The notes below the pieces were generated by a model. It saw only the letters and a list, made by a program, of their open reading frames with translations. It did no database searches and was not told where the DNA came from. A DNA stretch of 64,000 nt from Octopus bimaculoides (lineage: Eukaryota): the NCBI RefSeq assembly GCF_001194135.2, contig NC_068987.1, positions 99,462,678-99,526,677 on the forward strand, read 5' to 3'. The position numbers were made by a program, and so were the translations under genes. Of the stretch, positions 1 to 13,383 are shown piece after piece. Within the stretch, counting starts at the first letter, position 1, and the number at the start of each line of letters is the position of its first letter.

Positions 1-47
1 CCCAACCACATAGTTGCGGGCTCAGTCCCACTGCGGCAAGTGTCTAA
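1..47 (+). mobile_element. SINE 5' head fragment (tRNA-derived, Octopus-type), truncated by the window start and internally deleted
   Basis: CCCAACCACATAGTTGCGGGCTCAGTCCCACTGCGGCAAGTGTCT contains a degenerate B-box (GGGCTCAGTCCC) and is related to the minus-strand copy at 22762-22905. Confidence 0.55.
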
Positions 48-3000
48 TTTATATATATATATATATAATTTAGTGTGTGTATTTATATGTATATGAGCAT
101 GCCTTTTTTGCACATGTATAGGTACATTTGTACATTTTTTATACGTATACATTAATCGTATATCTATACGAATTCCTGTAGTTTCATACTCATGTGTATA
201 TATGCTTCTACACACGTATTATTAAACATACACATACTCTTCTCATTATTAGACTATCGCCTATATTATGTGTAAAATGTGTACACTTTTTGTACGCTTC
301 TACTCGTATTTGTTCCTATATTTATACTGGCACAGCACTCCTACAGCTCGAATAACATTACGACGATGCTGCAATTCGATATCCTTCTCACATAATACTA
401 AACTGGATTAATACTGCTGAAATGATGTTTTTTTTAAACGTATATGCTATAATACACCTTGCATATAACACACATATCCCCATCCAATGTTTTTATTTTC
501 TTACTCATCTCTTTCTCCGTCATTTATCTCCCCTACATTTACTCTGGTCTATCTAACTTCATATTATTTTTAAATTCACGTTTTTATCTTTATAAACATT
601 GGAAGTACAAACTTCTTTAATCGTAATATTAATAATTGCTTCCCTGTTTTTTCTCATTGTTTTCTTTTACTATTAATACGTGTTACCTTATATATTTTTT
701 TGTGTAGACATGAGTCCTTTATATACATCATCTTCTCTATTTAACTCTTTCTCATTCCTCTATTTTTTGCTATTTGTTTACCTTAACTATCCAGTATTAG
801 CTTCTCATGTACTACGTTCTCACGTTAAACTTCATTCTTCTGTATAGATTAAAGAAATATATATTACACGACGTACCAATTTCAACGCTTAATTTTAATT
901 TTAATTCAACTTTGGTATTGTCTTCCCATTAGACATTCCTACTACTTACTTGTCCTACGCTACATATATGGAGCTATAATTCTAATTTCTGTACTCATCT
1001 ATAGAGGGAACGTCTGCGATACATCTTTACTTATATCTTCAAATATCCGTTGAATCCGTTAGTTATAGTTCAACATCCGACATGACTCTCATCTCTTTCT
1101 CTCACTGATACCGATACGACTCCCCCTAGATCCAATCCAATGTTTTCAACTCTATTCCTTTTTAAGTTCCTTGTATTATGGTTTCTTTCCTTCCTGCACT
1201 GAAGAGTACTTTGATATTTAGTTAATTTAATTCAAGCATGAATTTATGTTAACGTTATATCTCTGTACGAAACGATCATCTGCAACAATTGAACTTCTAA
1301 ATTTTAACAATTTGTGTCCTCTTAACAAAATTGATGGGATTTATAAAACTTCGTTCCATGAATTCATCATACATTATATATATATCGTTGTTGTTTTTGT
1401 TATTGATGTCGTTATTGCTGTTGTTGTCGTTGTTAGGGAATGCTAATTTGTACCTTCCTGATAAATTGAATAAATAATTATTCTTGATTTCAATACTCAC
1501 GTGTTAATTTTTAGAGACATTTTGATGGTTTGTTCTAAGAAATGTGATTAGTAATAATTTTCTGTTAAAATCTTCCAGATTTTAAAATCGAATCTTATTC
1601 TTTATCAATAAACCTTAATTTTTATTTTTATTGTTACGTTGAATTACGTTGCCTTCGAAAAGGACATGAAAGCTGGTACTCTGATTAGTTACATATATTT
1701 TAAGCGAAANNNNNNNNNNNNNNNNNNNNNNNNNNNNNNNNNNNNNNNNNNNNNNNNNNNNNNNNNNNNNNNNNNNNNNNNNNNNNNNNNNNNNNNNNNN
1801 NNNNNNNNNNNNNNNNNNNNNNNNNNNNNNNNNNNNNNNNNNNNNNNNNNNNNNNNNNNNNNNNNNNNNNNNNNNNNNNNNNNNNNNNNNNNNNNNNNNN
1901 NNNNNNNNNNNNNNNNNNNNNNNNNNNNNNNNNNNNNNNNNNNNNNNNNNNNNNNNNNNNNNNNNNNNNNNNNNNNNNNNNNNNNNNNNNNNNNNNNNNN
2001 NNNNNNNNNNNNNNNNNNNNNNNNNNNNNNNNNNNNNNNNNNNNNNNNNNNNNNNNNNNNNNNNNNNNNNNNNNNNNNNNNNNNNNNNNNNNNNNNNNNN
2101 NNNNNNNNNNNNNNNNNNNNNNNNNNNNNNNNNNNNNNNNNNNNNNNNNNNNNNNNNNNNNNNNNNNNNNNNNNNNNNNNNNNNNNNNNNNNNNNNNNNN
2201 NNNNNNNNNNNNNNNNNNNNNNNNNNNNNNNNNNNNNNNNNNNNNNNNNNNNNNNNNNNNNNNNNNNNNNNNNNNNNNNNNNNNNNNNNNNNNNNNNNNN
2301 NNNNNNNNNNNNNNNNNNNNNNNNNNNNNNNNNNNNNNNNNNNNNNNNNNNNNNNNNNNNNNNNNNNNNNNNNNNNNNNNNNNNNNNNNNNNNNNNNNNN
2401 NNNNNNNNNNNNNNNNNNNNNNNNNNNNNNNNNNNNNNNNNNNNNNNNNNNNNNNNNNNNNNNNNNNNNNNNNNNNNNNNNNNNNNNNNNNNNNNNNNNN
2501 NNNNNNTATATATATATATATATATATCAATTTTAGTAAAAATATAACTCCAACTATTTTCTAAAACGAATAATGCAAATGGAAGCAACGAACAACGAAG
2601 AAATTCGTAGACAATATCAGCCTAGAATACAATCTGTCTTTTTATCCCACAAGAAGTAAAACAGACAATTACTTTAGAGTAGCTACATGCTAATATAGTT
2701 AATCTAGCCACCGTTGAGGCCATGGTAGACATGGCACAATGTAAATTTACAGAGCGAAAGTAATCTCAGACAAAACGTTTATACCAATAGTATTTGGCAT
2801 CAATAAAGCATCGTAGGTTTTATAAGTTTAAATTTTCAGGCTTCTGCATACTAAAGACTGATAGGTGGAAATCTAATCTACGCTACAAAGAATAGCATCA
2901 TATCGCATAGGAAATCTATTGCAAAAAGCACTTACTTTCAGAATATCTATTTGAAGGGCCTAATAAATTCCTTGTTGTATTTATTTTATTTTTCTTTTCA

Positions 3001-3172
3001 TTACAAAAATTATACATATTGCGCTTCAATACATCCTGTATGCCTCCCATCAGTAATTGTATTTTACTTATTTTTAAGACTATTTTGTATATTTTTCTCT
3101 ATCGCATCGCTCCGCTGAGCAATGATGCACTTCGTAATTGTGCGTGTGTATTACTTTGTTTATATGTGCATA

Positions 3173-3246
<74 letters not shown>

Positions 3247-3514
3247 AGCAGCGTGTATATATAACTTTCTGAATGCATATACTACTTTTGTATGTATATT
3301 TGAAGACTTTTCAATGGAACAATACACATTTCTTTTGATATCTACAATGAATTGGATAACGGTTTATGGCGTTCCGCGTCTTTCTTCTTTCTTTCTTCAT
3401 CTTTCCTTACTTTCCGAGTTCTTCCTCGCTTTCTTCTACTCTCTCCTTACTGTTTCTACTTCCATTGTTCTTGCTCTCCTTCATGTTATTTCCTTCTTAC
3501 TAGTCTTCTTATTC

Positions 3515-3589
3515 TTCATCATGATCATCATGATGATCATCATCATCGTCGTCGTCTTCCTCATCATCTTCGTCTTTTTCTTCTTCTCC

Positions 3590-3669
<80 letters not shown>

Positions 3670-3705
3670 GTTGCTGTTGTTGTTGTTGTTGTTATTATTC
3701 ATTTC
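3515..3705. repeat. Compound trinucleotide microsatellite: (CAT)n/(CGT)n, then (ATT)n at 3591-3669, then (GTT)n
   Basis: Directly visible; it produces the poly-L, poly-I and poly-N ORFs in the track. Confidence 0.95.
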
Positions 3706-4529
3706 AAAATTGGTCGTGGTTTTTATTATTACTTTCATAGATATATTTTTATTATTGTTTTACAACCTGATAAACATTATGTTTATTTCATTTATTGTTG
3801 CCAATTCCACTACCGACCCGATTAATATATACACTGCTATTGAAACAGAACGATGGTCAAGAATTTATACGTTCGTATATGTACACTTACAGCTACACGC
3901 ATATAAACACCATTATTAAGAAGAAATGAAGTATACGCACATGAATTCATGCCCAAGAAGTCAACATTGTTAAATGTGCATTGATTGGACAGTAACAGAA
4001 GACATACACTGTTTTTTACGAACGTAAATGTTCGCTGATACAGCCATTCCTCAGCGATTTCATATGAATATAATATAATGTTTCTAAAACAAATATATGT
4101 TGCCTACATATTTACACAATTTAGGTTCATGCATACACAGGTATAGACTCATTAATTTACTTTTTTAACATGTATCCTTTCATTCAGATTCTGACACCCT
4201 CTTTGTCACCCTTTCATCATTTCTCCCTTTTCTATGTGGGTATATGTCTATTTGTACCTCAGTTTTTCTCAGTTAAACGATCACTTTTATCGCTTCATTA
4301 TAACTTCACAATATATTAAGCTTCCATTCAGTATATTAGGCTTCCATGCTGCTATGCATTTCGCCCGACGTCCTAATGATTCTGCCAGTTCTCCGCTTTA
4401 CCAATATACTTAACATTGGTTTCAAATTATAATGCAATGCCAGTGGTATCGAATGAGGTGATTAGTTGAAATAACTTATAAATGAAAACGTGGAGATCAC
4501 TCTTTTTTTATATTTAGGGACAAATATCT

Positions 4530-5390
4530 TTCAAAAGTTACATGTTGTTTCAGTGACACTTATCTATTCAAATTTGCTGTTTAACATATCTTCGTTCGCA
4601 AGGAATGAAGATAGAGATTCGCAGACTAAACCAATTTACTGATTGTCTCATTTTTTCAAGATTTATTTGTGGTCACATATTGTCATGTTAAATGCAAAAC
4701 TCTTTTTTAGTATCTTTTTTCAAATAATTTCACTAAGCATTAGCATTTTAGATGCCTTAATCTACCTTTTGCTATTTACCATATATACTTTCTCAAAATT
4801 CAATTTAATAACATTCTTGGCTTCCCTGTATTTTAACGTGAAATTCTGGGCAGATTACTGGGTCTTCAAACCCCTAAACTTCGGAGAATACATGTGAGGC
4901 ATTTTCATGTAATTAACCTTCCTCTCCGAATCATACAGATACGATTACGCTTCATCTCTCGTCAACAGATCAGAGAAAATGTTATACGTAAGTACTTGAA
5001 ATACTTGCAGTTAAGCAGTGCAAATTTCCACATTTCCCTCCTACATATCTGGTCTCTACTACTAAGGGACGAATTTTGCACTCATTCTCCGATAAATTTA
5101 CTATTTCGACATCTTCAATATTCACAGCAAACGTCTACTTTCCCAGCAAGCTCGCTGACTCTGGCTCGTTTGTCCTCAAAAATTATTACTCAGAGTCGCA
5201 GATGATGCATACCACATAGTTCCACAGCGTGATTGATATTCCCACTGCATGGTCTGTCTTCAGTGGTGGTTTCCACTTGTCCAGACAACCTCCATTTACG
5301 AACACTGTTCATGATGATGATGTCATATTTGTGAAAAGCCTCATGCCTTCAGCAGCTTCAACTAGCGTCAGTCCAGCCTCAAACACTCAC
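4530..5390 (-). pseudogene. Heavily decayed mariner-type transposase
   Basis: Minus-strand translation across frameshifts gives TTTEDRPCSG (cf. D.PRSGRP), IFEDKRARVSELAGKV (cf. I.EDRR.TV.EIA), RRMSAKFVP (cf. KFVP/WVP motif), FSDLLTRDEA*SYLYDSERK (cf. ITGDETW..YDPE.K) and HDN..PH near 4680. No TIRs located. Confidence 0.6.
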
Positions 5391-6541
5391 TTATACACAT
5401 GCGCATGATGATCTTCGTATGCATTCTTGCTTGTAAGTACATACCGCACATACATATATCTGTTCATACAAACTGTGGTATGTATATAAATGTGCACATA
5501 ATCGAAGAACTACGTCCTGTTATGATGATGGATGTTTTCATGCTTGTAGTAAGGAGTTTAAATTGTGTTCGTACGAAGTATATAAGAAGAAGGATAAGGA
5601 GATTTTTTGGACAGTATCACACACAACCGAGCGTTAGCAATATCCCGTCCATATAGGAAATGTAGCTCATATAGAAATATAATGATATGATATCGCCGAA
5701 ATGAGTCACGTTGGAATTAATAATTTGTGAGTTCGGGGGATAGAGACAAAGAGAAAAAGGTACATGTCAACACAGACTTTAATAGAAGGGATTAACAGGA
5801 AATTACCAATCCCATGTTGACAGACGCGTGTAGTCCTTAAATAGTCGACTTGCCTGGCATCGTAGATCGATTTATTAATGTTGAATGATACAATATTACT
5901 TTCGCAGAATGTCACAAGTGAGAACGAAGATGGTATATTAAAATAAGCTAAGTACAGTATCACAGAGAACAGAAGTACTTTCTGGTAACAAGGGTGAGTG
6001 TTGAGTGAGGTTGAAGTCCTTGGTAAAGATAGTGGACTACTTTAGAATTTTGAAGTGATGAGTAAATATCATGAATCAGGTAGGTATCGATAACATTGAA
6101 GATACCGAGTAGCTGGAAACAGATTCGTACTGATTGAATATGTGAACACTACCCTTTAAATAGGTTAAACATGAATAGTTCTATTTCAGACTAAGATAAT
6201 ATTATTGCGCTTACGAAAGGTTATCAATATCCCATTGGAGTAGGAAGAATGTTTATTCTTTTATTCTTTTATGTTTCAGCTTTGATGTTGCAGCCATGCT
6301 AGGACACTACCAGTTTACATATGAAAGAAAACATTATTGTCCTCAGCAGTCAATGTGTTCCTTCAGATGTCATATCTTTTGCTGAAAAGATTAAATAAAC
6401 GATAAACCACAAACGTAAACAATATACAAGCATATATAAAATATACACAATGCCTGCACAATTTTTTTTCTCAATTTCTTCATTTCACTCCAGCTTTGAA
6501 ATATACTGTACCTATCTCTCTATCTATCTATTTATCTATCC

Positions 6542-6590
<49 letters not shown>

Positions 6591-7613
6591 CACGTATGCA
6601 AGGATATACATATATTTATGTGTGTGTGTGTACGTACGTGAGCATATGTGTGTATATATATATAAGCATATGCGTTTGTGTCTATGGCAGTATAAGTGTC
6701 TGTGTAATTGCATGTAACACCTTTCGTAATATAATTCCTAGTAATTACTGTGATAAATTGTATATAGTGAAATCTTAAAAAAAAAAGGTTCGTATGTAAG
6801 CCTCAGAATGTATTCAGGATCGAACACTACACATAGTTCCTAAATTCAGCAAGATCGTGGAATGCCTTTCTGCAGTGCGCATCATTGCTGCGCAGCAAAT
6901 ACATTTGACAGGGAATTATATGTGCGTTATAATTAGGTTAACAGGGTCAAATATTTTCAGAAAAATGTCCATGGTAGTTTTCGTTGCATCTTCTCTAAAT
7001 TTCCTTCATATCTATGATAACCTTATTACACAGGTGTATAGCTTTCGATATATTGATGAAAATACATCATAAACTATGCCATAGGGGTATGTTATTAAAA
7101 TTCAAGAAAAAAATGTAACTAATATCTCTGATTACCTATCATTGTGTCTAATATATCTTCAAATATCGGAATCCACAGCTACGTCTATGATACAAACGCT
7201 TGACATAATGTCATTACATGAATGAAATTTAGAAAATACCTACAAATGTGTTCCTAATATATGACTTGTAAACCATTTCCTTTACTCAATGCCGAATTCA
7301 GATCCATTTCCCGATTTAAAAGCAGTCTATCCCATAGTGATCCATTTCTAAGCGTTTTTCTTTTTTGTTTCTTCAATAAAATTATGCACATTCTCCACCT
7401 GCAGATTTAGAAGCATCAAGGTGTTAGATATCACGCGCTATCTGAAAAATCGATTTAAAAGATTAAGAGACATCATTCTTAATTCATTGTATAAGCATGC
7501 GAGAAGAAAAATCCTCCAGCAAGTGCTAACAAACAGAAACCTGAATAAGATGGCCTCACCGAAACACTTCAGACTGAGCGACCCAATAACATAATAGTAT
7601 ATATGGGACATAC

Positions 7614-7634
7614 CGGTGCTTTTTAGCATGTCAT
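7614..7634 (-). other. Candidate 21-nt micro-exon
   Basis: Minus strand: TTTTTCTTTTCTTCTTCAG|ATGACATGCTAAAAAGCACCG|GTATGT. Strong acceptor and donor; only the phase 1-1 frame (xD-M-L-K-S-T) is stop-free. No transcript evidence. Confidence 0.3.
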
Positions 7635-8327
7635 CTGAAGAAGAAAAGAAAAATACGAGGTGGTGGTAGTAGTAGTAGTAGTAGTGTCAATATCAGTAGC
7701 TGCAGCATCAGCAGTAATAGTTAAAAAGTATATTTCTTCTCTAGCTAGCTTGCAATAATACTGCCATATTAGGAAATGTAGCCTTTAAAATATTTAGTAC
7801 GTTATCGAAATCCTGCTAGCAAGTACACTAAGAGATGCGTAATTCTGCAAATAAAATACATGTCCTTCAAACTTGTCTGTGATGTATAACTAAACTTTTT
7901 TTTTCATCTCAATAACAAATTATATCTTGTTTTTTAATGTCTATTCTCTTAAAAAAGCAGATGCAAAATTAAGTGCCAAAGGAAGATCAACAAACAGAAG
8001 TATATTCATGGAATAATCGCGTAATGTTGAATGCGGAAAGCATCATGTTATTCAAATAAAAATCAATATCTCAACAGGTATTAGTCTTAGATAATCTACC
8101 TGTACACACACACACACACACACACACANNNNNNNNNNNNNNNNNNNNNNNNNNNNNNNNNNNNNNNNNNNNNNNNNNNNNNNNNNNNNNNNNNNNNNNN
8201 NNNNNNNNNNNNNNNNNNNNNNNNNNNNNNNNNNNNNNNNNNNNNNNNNNNNNNNNNNNNNNNNNNNNNNNNNNNNNNNNNNNNNNNNNNNNNNNNNNNN
8301 NNNNNNNNNNNNNNNNNNNNNNNNNNN

Positions 8328-8360
<33 letters not shown>

Positions 8361-8376
8361 CATACTTACATGCACA

Positions 8377-9646
8377 CAGGGGTTGGACAAAATAATGGAA
8401 ACAACTAGAATTGTAGCATCATAACTTTGAAATATCTATACAACCGTCAAAATCTTGTTTATTTTTATGTTGTTTTGATTTGTTATTAGCGTTCCTCAAT
8501 ATGTTTTGTTGAAATTAGTTTCTTTTCAGATATCGAGAGAAAATTATAATTATAATTCATTAAATTTGCAGATGTATCGGACTTTCAAAGAGGTCATATT
8601 GTTGGTGCTAGTGTGGGAGGTGCTAATGCAACAAAAACAGCCAAAATGCTTGGTGTATCAAGAAGTACTGTCTCGAAAGTAATGACAACCTTTGAGAAAG
8701 AGAGAAAACTTCCTCGTCGAAACAAAACTCCAGAAGAAAACCAATGCTTTCAGATAGGGATCATCGGACTCTTACACGAATTGTTATAAAGGATCATAAA
8801 TTTACAGCTTCCATAATTACTGCAGAGCTTAATGACCACCTCGATGACCAAGTTTCCACAAAAGCTGTTCGTCGGGAACTGCGCAAATGTGGATGTCACG
8901 GGAGGGGTGCAATCAAAACACCACTACTTAAAAAAAAAAAAATAAATTGCAAAAGCATTTAGAGTGGACGAAAAACCTACAGAATTAGTCCCTAGATTAG
9001 TGGAAGGATGTTATTTTCTCGGACGAGTTATCTTTTACCTTATTCCAACCACCGGCCGAGTATACGCGTGGAGACAGCCAAAGAAGCATTTGACTCAGTC
9101 TGCCCTCTTCCAACTGTTAAACATGGAGGAGGATCTGTGATGATCTGGAGAGCTATACCATCGAAATCCGCCAACCCAGTGGCTTCTCTTAATGACAAAA
9201 ATAATAGTCAAGACTATTTAAGCATTTTATCTCATCAAATTCATCCTGTTTCGAGAGGGAAACGCAATCTTTCAATATAATAATGCACCAATTCACACAG
9301 CTAAAGTCGTTACTGAATGGCACCAGGAACATTCTAGTGAAGTTGAACATCTTATCTGGCTACCAGAATCCCTATATTTCAGTATTATTGGACATTTATG
9401 GTGCATTTCTGAAAAACAATAAAAAAAAATTAAAGAGTCGATATACTCCACCACCATCACTACAAGAACTGGAGACTGTTTTAGCTGAAGAATTGGCAAA
9501 CATTTCTTTCGAAACAATCCAAACATTGTACGAGTTCATACCTCGTGGAATTCAAGGTTTAGTTACTGCCAAAAGCGGTTCTACCCCATCTTACGATAAA
9601 TTTGTTTGAATTTTTAAGGTGTTTTCATTATTTTGTCCAAACCTTG
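8377..9646 (+). mobile_element. Full-length Tc1-family (DD34E-type) DNA transposon, about 1.27 kb, defective
   Basis: TIRs CAGGGGTTGGACAAAATAATGGAAACA (8377) and TGTTTTCATTATTTTGTCCAAACCTTG (ends 9646); inserted in TA-rich microsatellite. Confidence 0.93.
8566..9609 (+). pseudogene. Tc1 transposase pseudogene (frameshifts and stops)
   Basis: Fragments: ADVSDFQRGHIVGA...LGVSRSTVSKV (paired-like HTH), VIFSDE (D1), TVKHGGGSVMIW, FQYNNAPIHTAK (D2 mutated, cf. FQQDNAP), and an SPDLNIIEHLW-like segment. Confidence 0.9.
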
Positions 9647-9647
9647 A

Positions 9648-9698
<51 letters not shown>

Positions 9699-10322
9699 CG
9701 AGGGGAAGTAAACAATTAACCACACTTTCCCCATAACATTTTTATTATGGTCACATCGCCTTCTGCGCATGCGTGCTAATTGGCACTATTGTGGGCACAT
9801 AATTGAAGTTTGAGCCTGATCGTGCCATTTTTCTTTCTGGCTGTACAGTGTAAGCATGGCCTGTCAATGTGCACCAAAGAAGAACAAAAAACAGTGACCC
9901 GATTTTCCGGTCGGAGAGTTGTTTTGTAATTCAGTGGAAGCATTTAGTACAATAGGGATACTGCACAACTGCGTAGACGTATGCATAAGTAGGTCTAGAA
10001 ATTTAAACTGAAGGGATAAGCATGACGCACGAAAAGGGAGTAGGATGCCCGCCAACCCCTCCACTGATTAGAAGATTCTGCAACTAGATTTGCATTAACA
10101 TCTCTCGGATCCCTGCTCTTTGTTCTTGTTTAGTGCACATTGCCAGTGGAGCGACCATGCTTACTCTGTAAAGCTAGAAAGAAAAACGGCGCGATCAGGC
10201 TCAAACTTCGATCACCAACTATAAATTCGATGGAAAAGTCTCTAAGGAAATGCGTATTCAGTGCAAGATCAGGGTTTAACTTCAATACGGAAAACACATG
10301 CAATGCTGGGTTCAACGGCTCG
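9699..10322. mobile_element. Composite of two inward-facing mariner 5' ends (MITE-like), TA-flanked
   Basis: Left TA|CGAGGGG..., right ...CTCG|TA. Inverted homology between about 9805-9905 and 10100-10215. Both arms encode a transposase start (SMCTKEEQKTVTRF on +, MVAPLAMCTKQEQRAGIR on -). Confidence 0.7.
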
Positions 10323-10443
10323 TATATACATACATACATACATACATACGTACATACATACATACAGACAGACAGACAGACACGCACTCACACATACACA
10401 CACATATATGTATACATATATATACTTATATACATACTTACAT

Positions 10444-10492
<49 letters not shown>

Positions 10493-11612
10493 NNNNNNNN
10501 NNNNNNNNNNNNNTATATATATACAAATATATATATATATATATACATACATACATACAAAAGTATATATATATATATAGATGCACACACACACACATAT
10601 ATATTTCTTCATATGCTAATAGGAAGCAAGGTATCCCTTTAATACGGAGTAACTTGTGGATTCCCCTGAATATAAACGTAGTCATATTGGTTGAATTTCG
10701 AAATCATATGATAGGCCCTTATTAAATTACTACATTCAGCGAGTTTTAAATTGCGGGAGAAAGTTGTTGTAGCTTGCTACTCGCAATCCCTTTGAAAATC
10801 TCACGAGGCTGGTGATTTTGTGTGGCTATTCTAGTTATTGCGGTGACGATGGGAGGAAACTAAAAGTTTGAAAACGTGATTTCTGAGAAAAATCGTATTA
10901 ACCCCATTTATAGGATGAAACAATACAGAGTTTGTGAGCCTACTTAAGAACAGAAATTGCATTCATGCAAACACATGCAAATTCTACCATCTCCCTTCAC
11001 TTTTAGTCAAACAATAACTTCCACTACACCAGCAATTCAGTTCACTATATATCATCTGCACTGATTCTGTTCATTATACAATATGGCTATATAATGGACA
11101 TAACACNNNNNNNNNNNNNNNNNNNNNNNNNNNNNNNNNNNNNNNNNNNNNNNNNNNNNNNNNNNNNNNNNNNNNNNNNNNNNNNNNNNNNNNNNNNNNN
11201 NNNNNNNNNNNNNNNNNNNNNNNNNNNNNNNNNNNNNNNNNNNNNNNNNNNNNNNNNNNNNNNNNNNNNNNNNNNNNNNNNNNNNNNNNNNNNNNNNNNN
11301 NNNNNNNNNNNNNNNNNNNNNNNNNNNNNNNNNNNNNNNNNNNNNNNNNNNNNNNNNNNNNNNNNNNNNNNNNNNNNNNNNNNNNNNNNNNNNNNNNNNN
11401 NNNNNNNNNNNNNNNNNNNNNNNNNNNNNNNNNNNNNNNNNNNNNNNNNNNNNNNNNNNNNNNNNNNNNNNNNNNNNNNNNNNNNNNNNNNNNNNNNNNN
11501 NNNNNNNNNNNNNNNNNNNNNNNNNNNNNNNNNNNNNNNNNNNNNNNNNNNNNNNNNNNNCTTTCAAAAAGTAAAAATTCCCTTTGTTTCACTGTCCTTT
11601 GATGTTTCATAC

Positions 11613-11816
11613 CTGCGTATAATTTTACTAAAATAGCTGACGTAAAAATATTGAAGCACCACCAGAAAACCCGACATTCTAGAAACAGGCAAACGACATT
11701 ATTTCTGAAGAAACTCCCCGTTTTCCAAAAAGCTAAAATTGCAACATTGGGAGTTTGCAGCCTTTTGAAAGAGGTGAGGTAATGTGTGGATGTTTGGGAA
11801 GGAGATTGTTGTGGTT
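11613..11816 (-). other. Candidate exon (204 nt) in a TE-poor, GC-richer block
   Basis: Minus strand acceptor TTTTATTC(T)nCTTATAG|AACC and donor CGCAG|GTATGA; length divisible by 3; one frame stop-free, ending RVFWWCFNIFTSAILVKLYA. Could equally be UTR or chance. Confidence 0.3.
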
Positions 11817-12469
11817 CTATAAGAAAAAAAAAAAAGAATAAAATTCATACTTACTGTTTTTTTCTACGTAAATTAACAAGAAAAAAATTCGGAGAAAATA
11901 TAAAAGACGAAGAAATTGAGATGGCGGGATGAGAAAGTTAAAATATTGAGAGCGTGTTTTTTGGGGTTAAGTCATAATCTCCTATACCGAAAACAGTGGA
12001 ACCAGAAGAAATTTAGGAAAAAAATATCATTGGTTTTGATGGTGGTGGGAAAAACGAAATTGTCACATCGTATATGTTAGAAACAACAGGCAATGGACAG
12101 GATTTCTGGGTGAACTTCTATTTCAATTTACATAGAAGAGCGGGGTTTTAAATACAATAATCACAAACACGAATTGCAGAATACAAAAAGGTGGTTTCAA
12201 TTGGATTTGTGGTGTAATTTTGCGTGTGCACGTAGCAAGAAATAGCATTATTCATTCAATAGTTTTAGCTAAATAGGGAGAAAGTGTGTGTGTTTGTGTG
12301 TGTAGAGGAGTTCGCGTGCGTGCATCTTTACCGAAGGCAGTTGTTTTATTGTATTCATTCCTTTGAAGAAGGAAAGTTGTAAACTCGATCATATCGTCGA
12401 TCATATGGAATCATATGATTGTTCATTAATTTCAGCAAATATTCTTCATTTTTTTTATGCTTGAAGAAA

Positions 12470-13341
12470 TTGAAAGTCAGAAGCGAAGAAAAGATGGAAG
12501 AATGTGAATATGAAATGGTTGTGCGTGTCTGTGTGTGTGTGTGTGTGTGTTTGAGAGAGAGAGAGAGAGAGCGAATGAAGATGTGTGTTGTCATCTATGT
12601 ATTTTTTTACATGTATGTGTAAGTGGCACTCACTCGATCTATTTCACTCTCTCATACTCACATCATATTTCATATAAACGTACATAAATACATATGCATA
12701 TATCGTTTTTGTATGTATGTCTGCGTATGCATGCTAGAGAGAAAACGAGTGACTGTATTTCCTTATAACATATAGAGAATTGGATCTCTTTTAATGTACA
12801 CACTCTTATAGAAAATGTTACGTCGTCAGCGTCGTGGTATAAAATGTCGTTTAGGATAGTTGAATTATAGAAAGATTATAATGTTACGTTTTTGTAATGA
12901 AAATACGTAAATAAAAATAAAGTTCATTTGTTAGCCGAAAGATTGATAAATCTTTTGATAGCCCATGCGTCAAAATCGGCAACTGAGTCTTCGAATGATT
13001 TCGTAAATTTGTGCATTTTTTTCTTTCTTTATGTTTTGACGAGAGAAGAAATTGAAAGAGAAGAGAAAATGAAACCGCGACGTTTGCTTTGATGTGAGAG
13101 CTGAAAGTGAAAGACGTATGTACGTATGTATGTGTGTGTGTGTATTTGTGTGTGGTTGTATGTGTTTGGGTGTGAGCATGTGCGTCAGAGATGAGAGTGA
13201 GTGAAGGTGTGTGTTGTCATGTATGTGTAAGTGGCATTCATCCGGGCTTTCTCTCACACATACACATCTTTCATATACACATACATAAATAAATATGCAT
13301 ACATCTTTTTTGTATATATATGTTTGAATGAGTATGCATGT

Positions 13342-13383
<42 letters not shown>

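Noticed and set aside
3314-3919. 201-aa Leu-rich, 157-aa Ile-rich and Asn-rich ORFs
   Set aside because: Translations of the (ATT)n compound microsatellite. The same applies to the YIYI, HTHT, CVCV, ERER and poly-F/K ORFs throughout the window.
6850-7010. Possible CR1/L2 3' fragment (NLEKMQRK on the minus strand)
   Set aside because: A single short motif; insufficient evidence.
11817-11854. 38-nt intron between a consensus donor and the candidate acceptor
   Set aside because: Too short for normal metazoan splicing; the two sites are unlikely to be used together.
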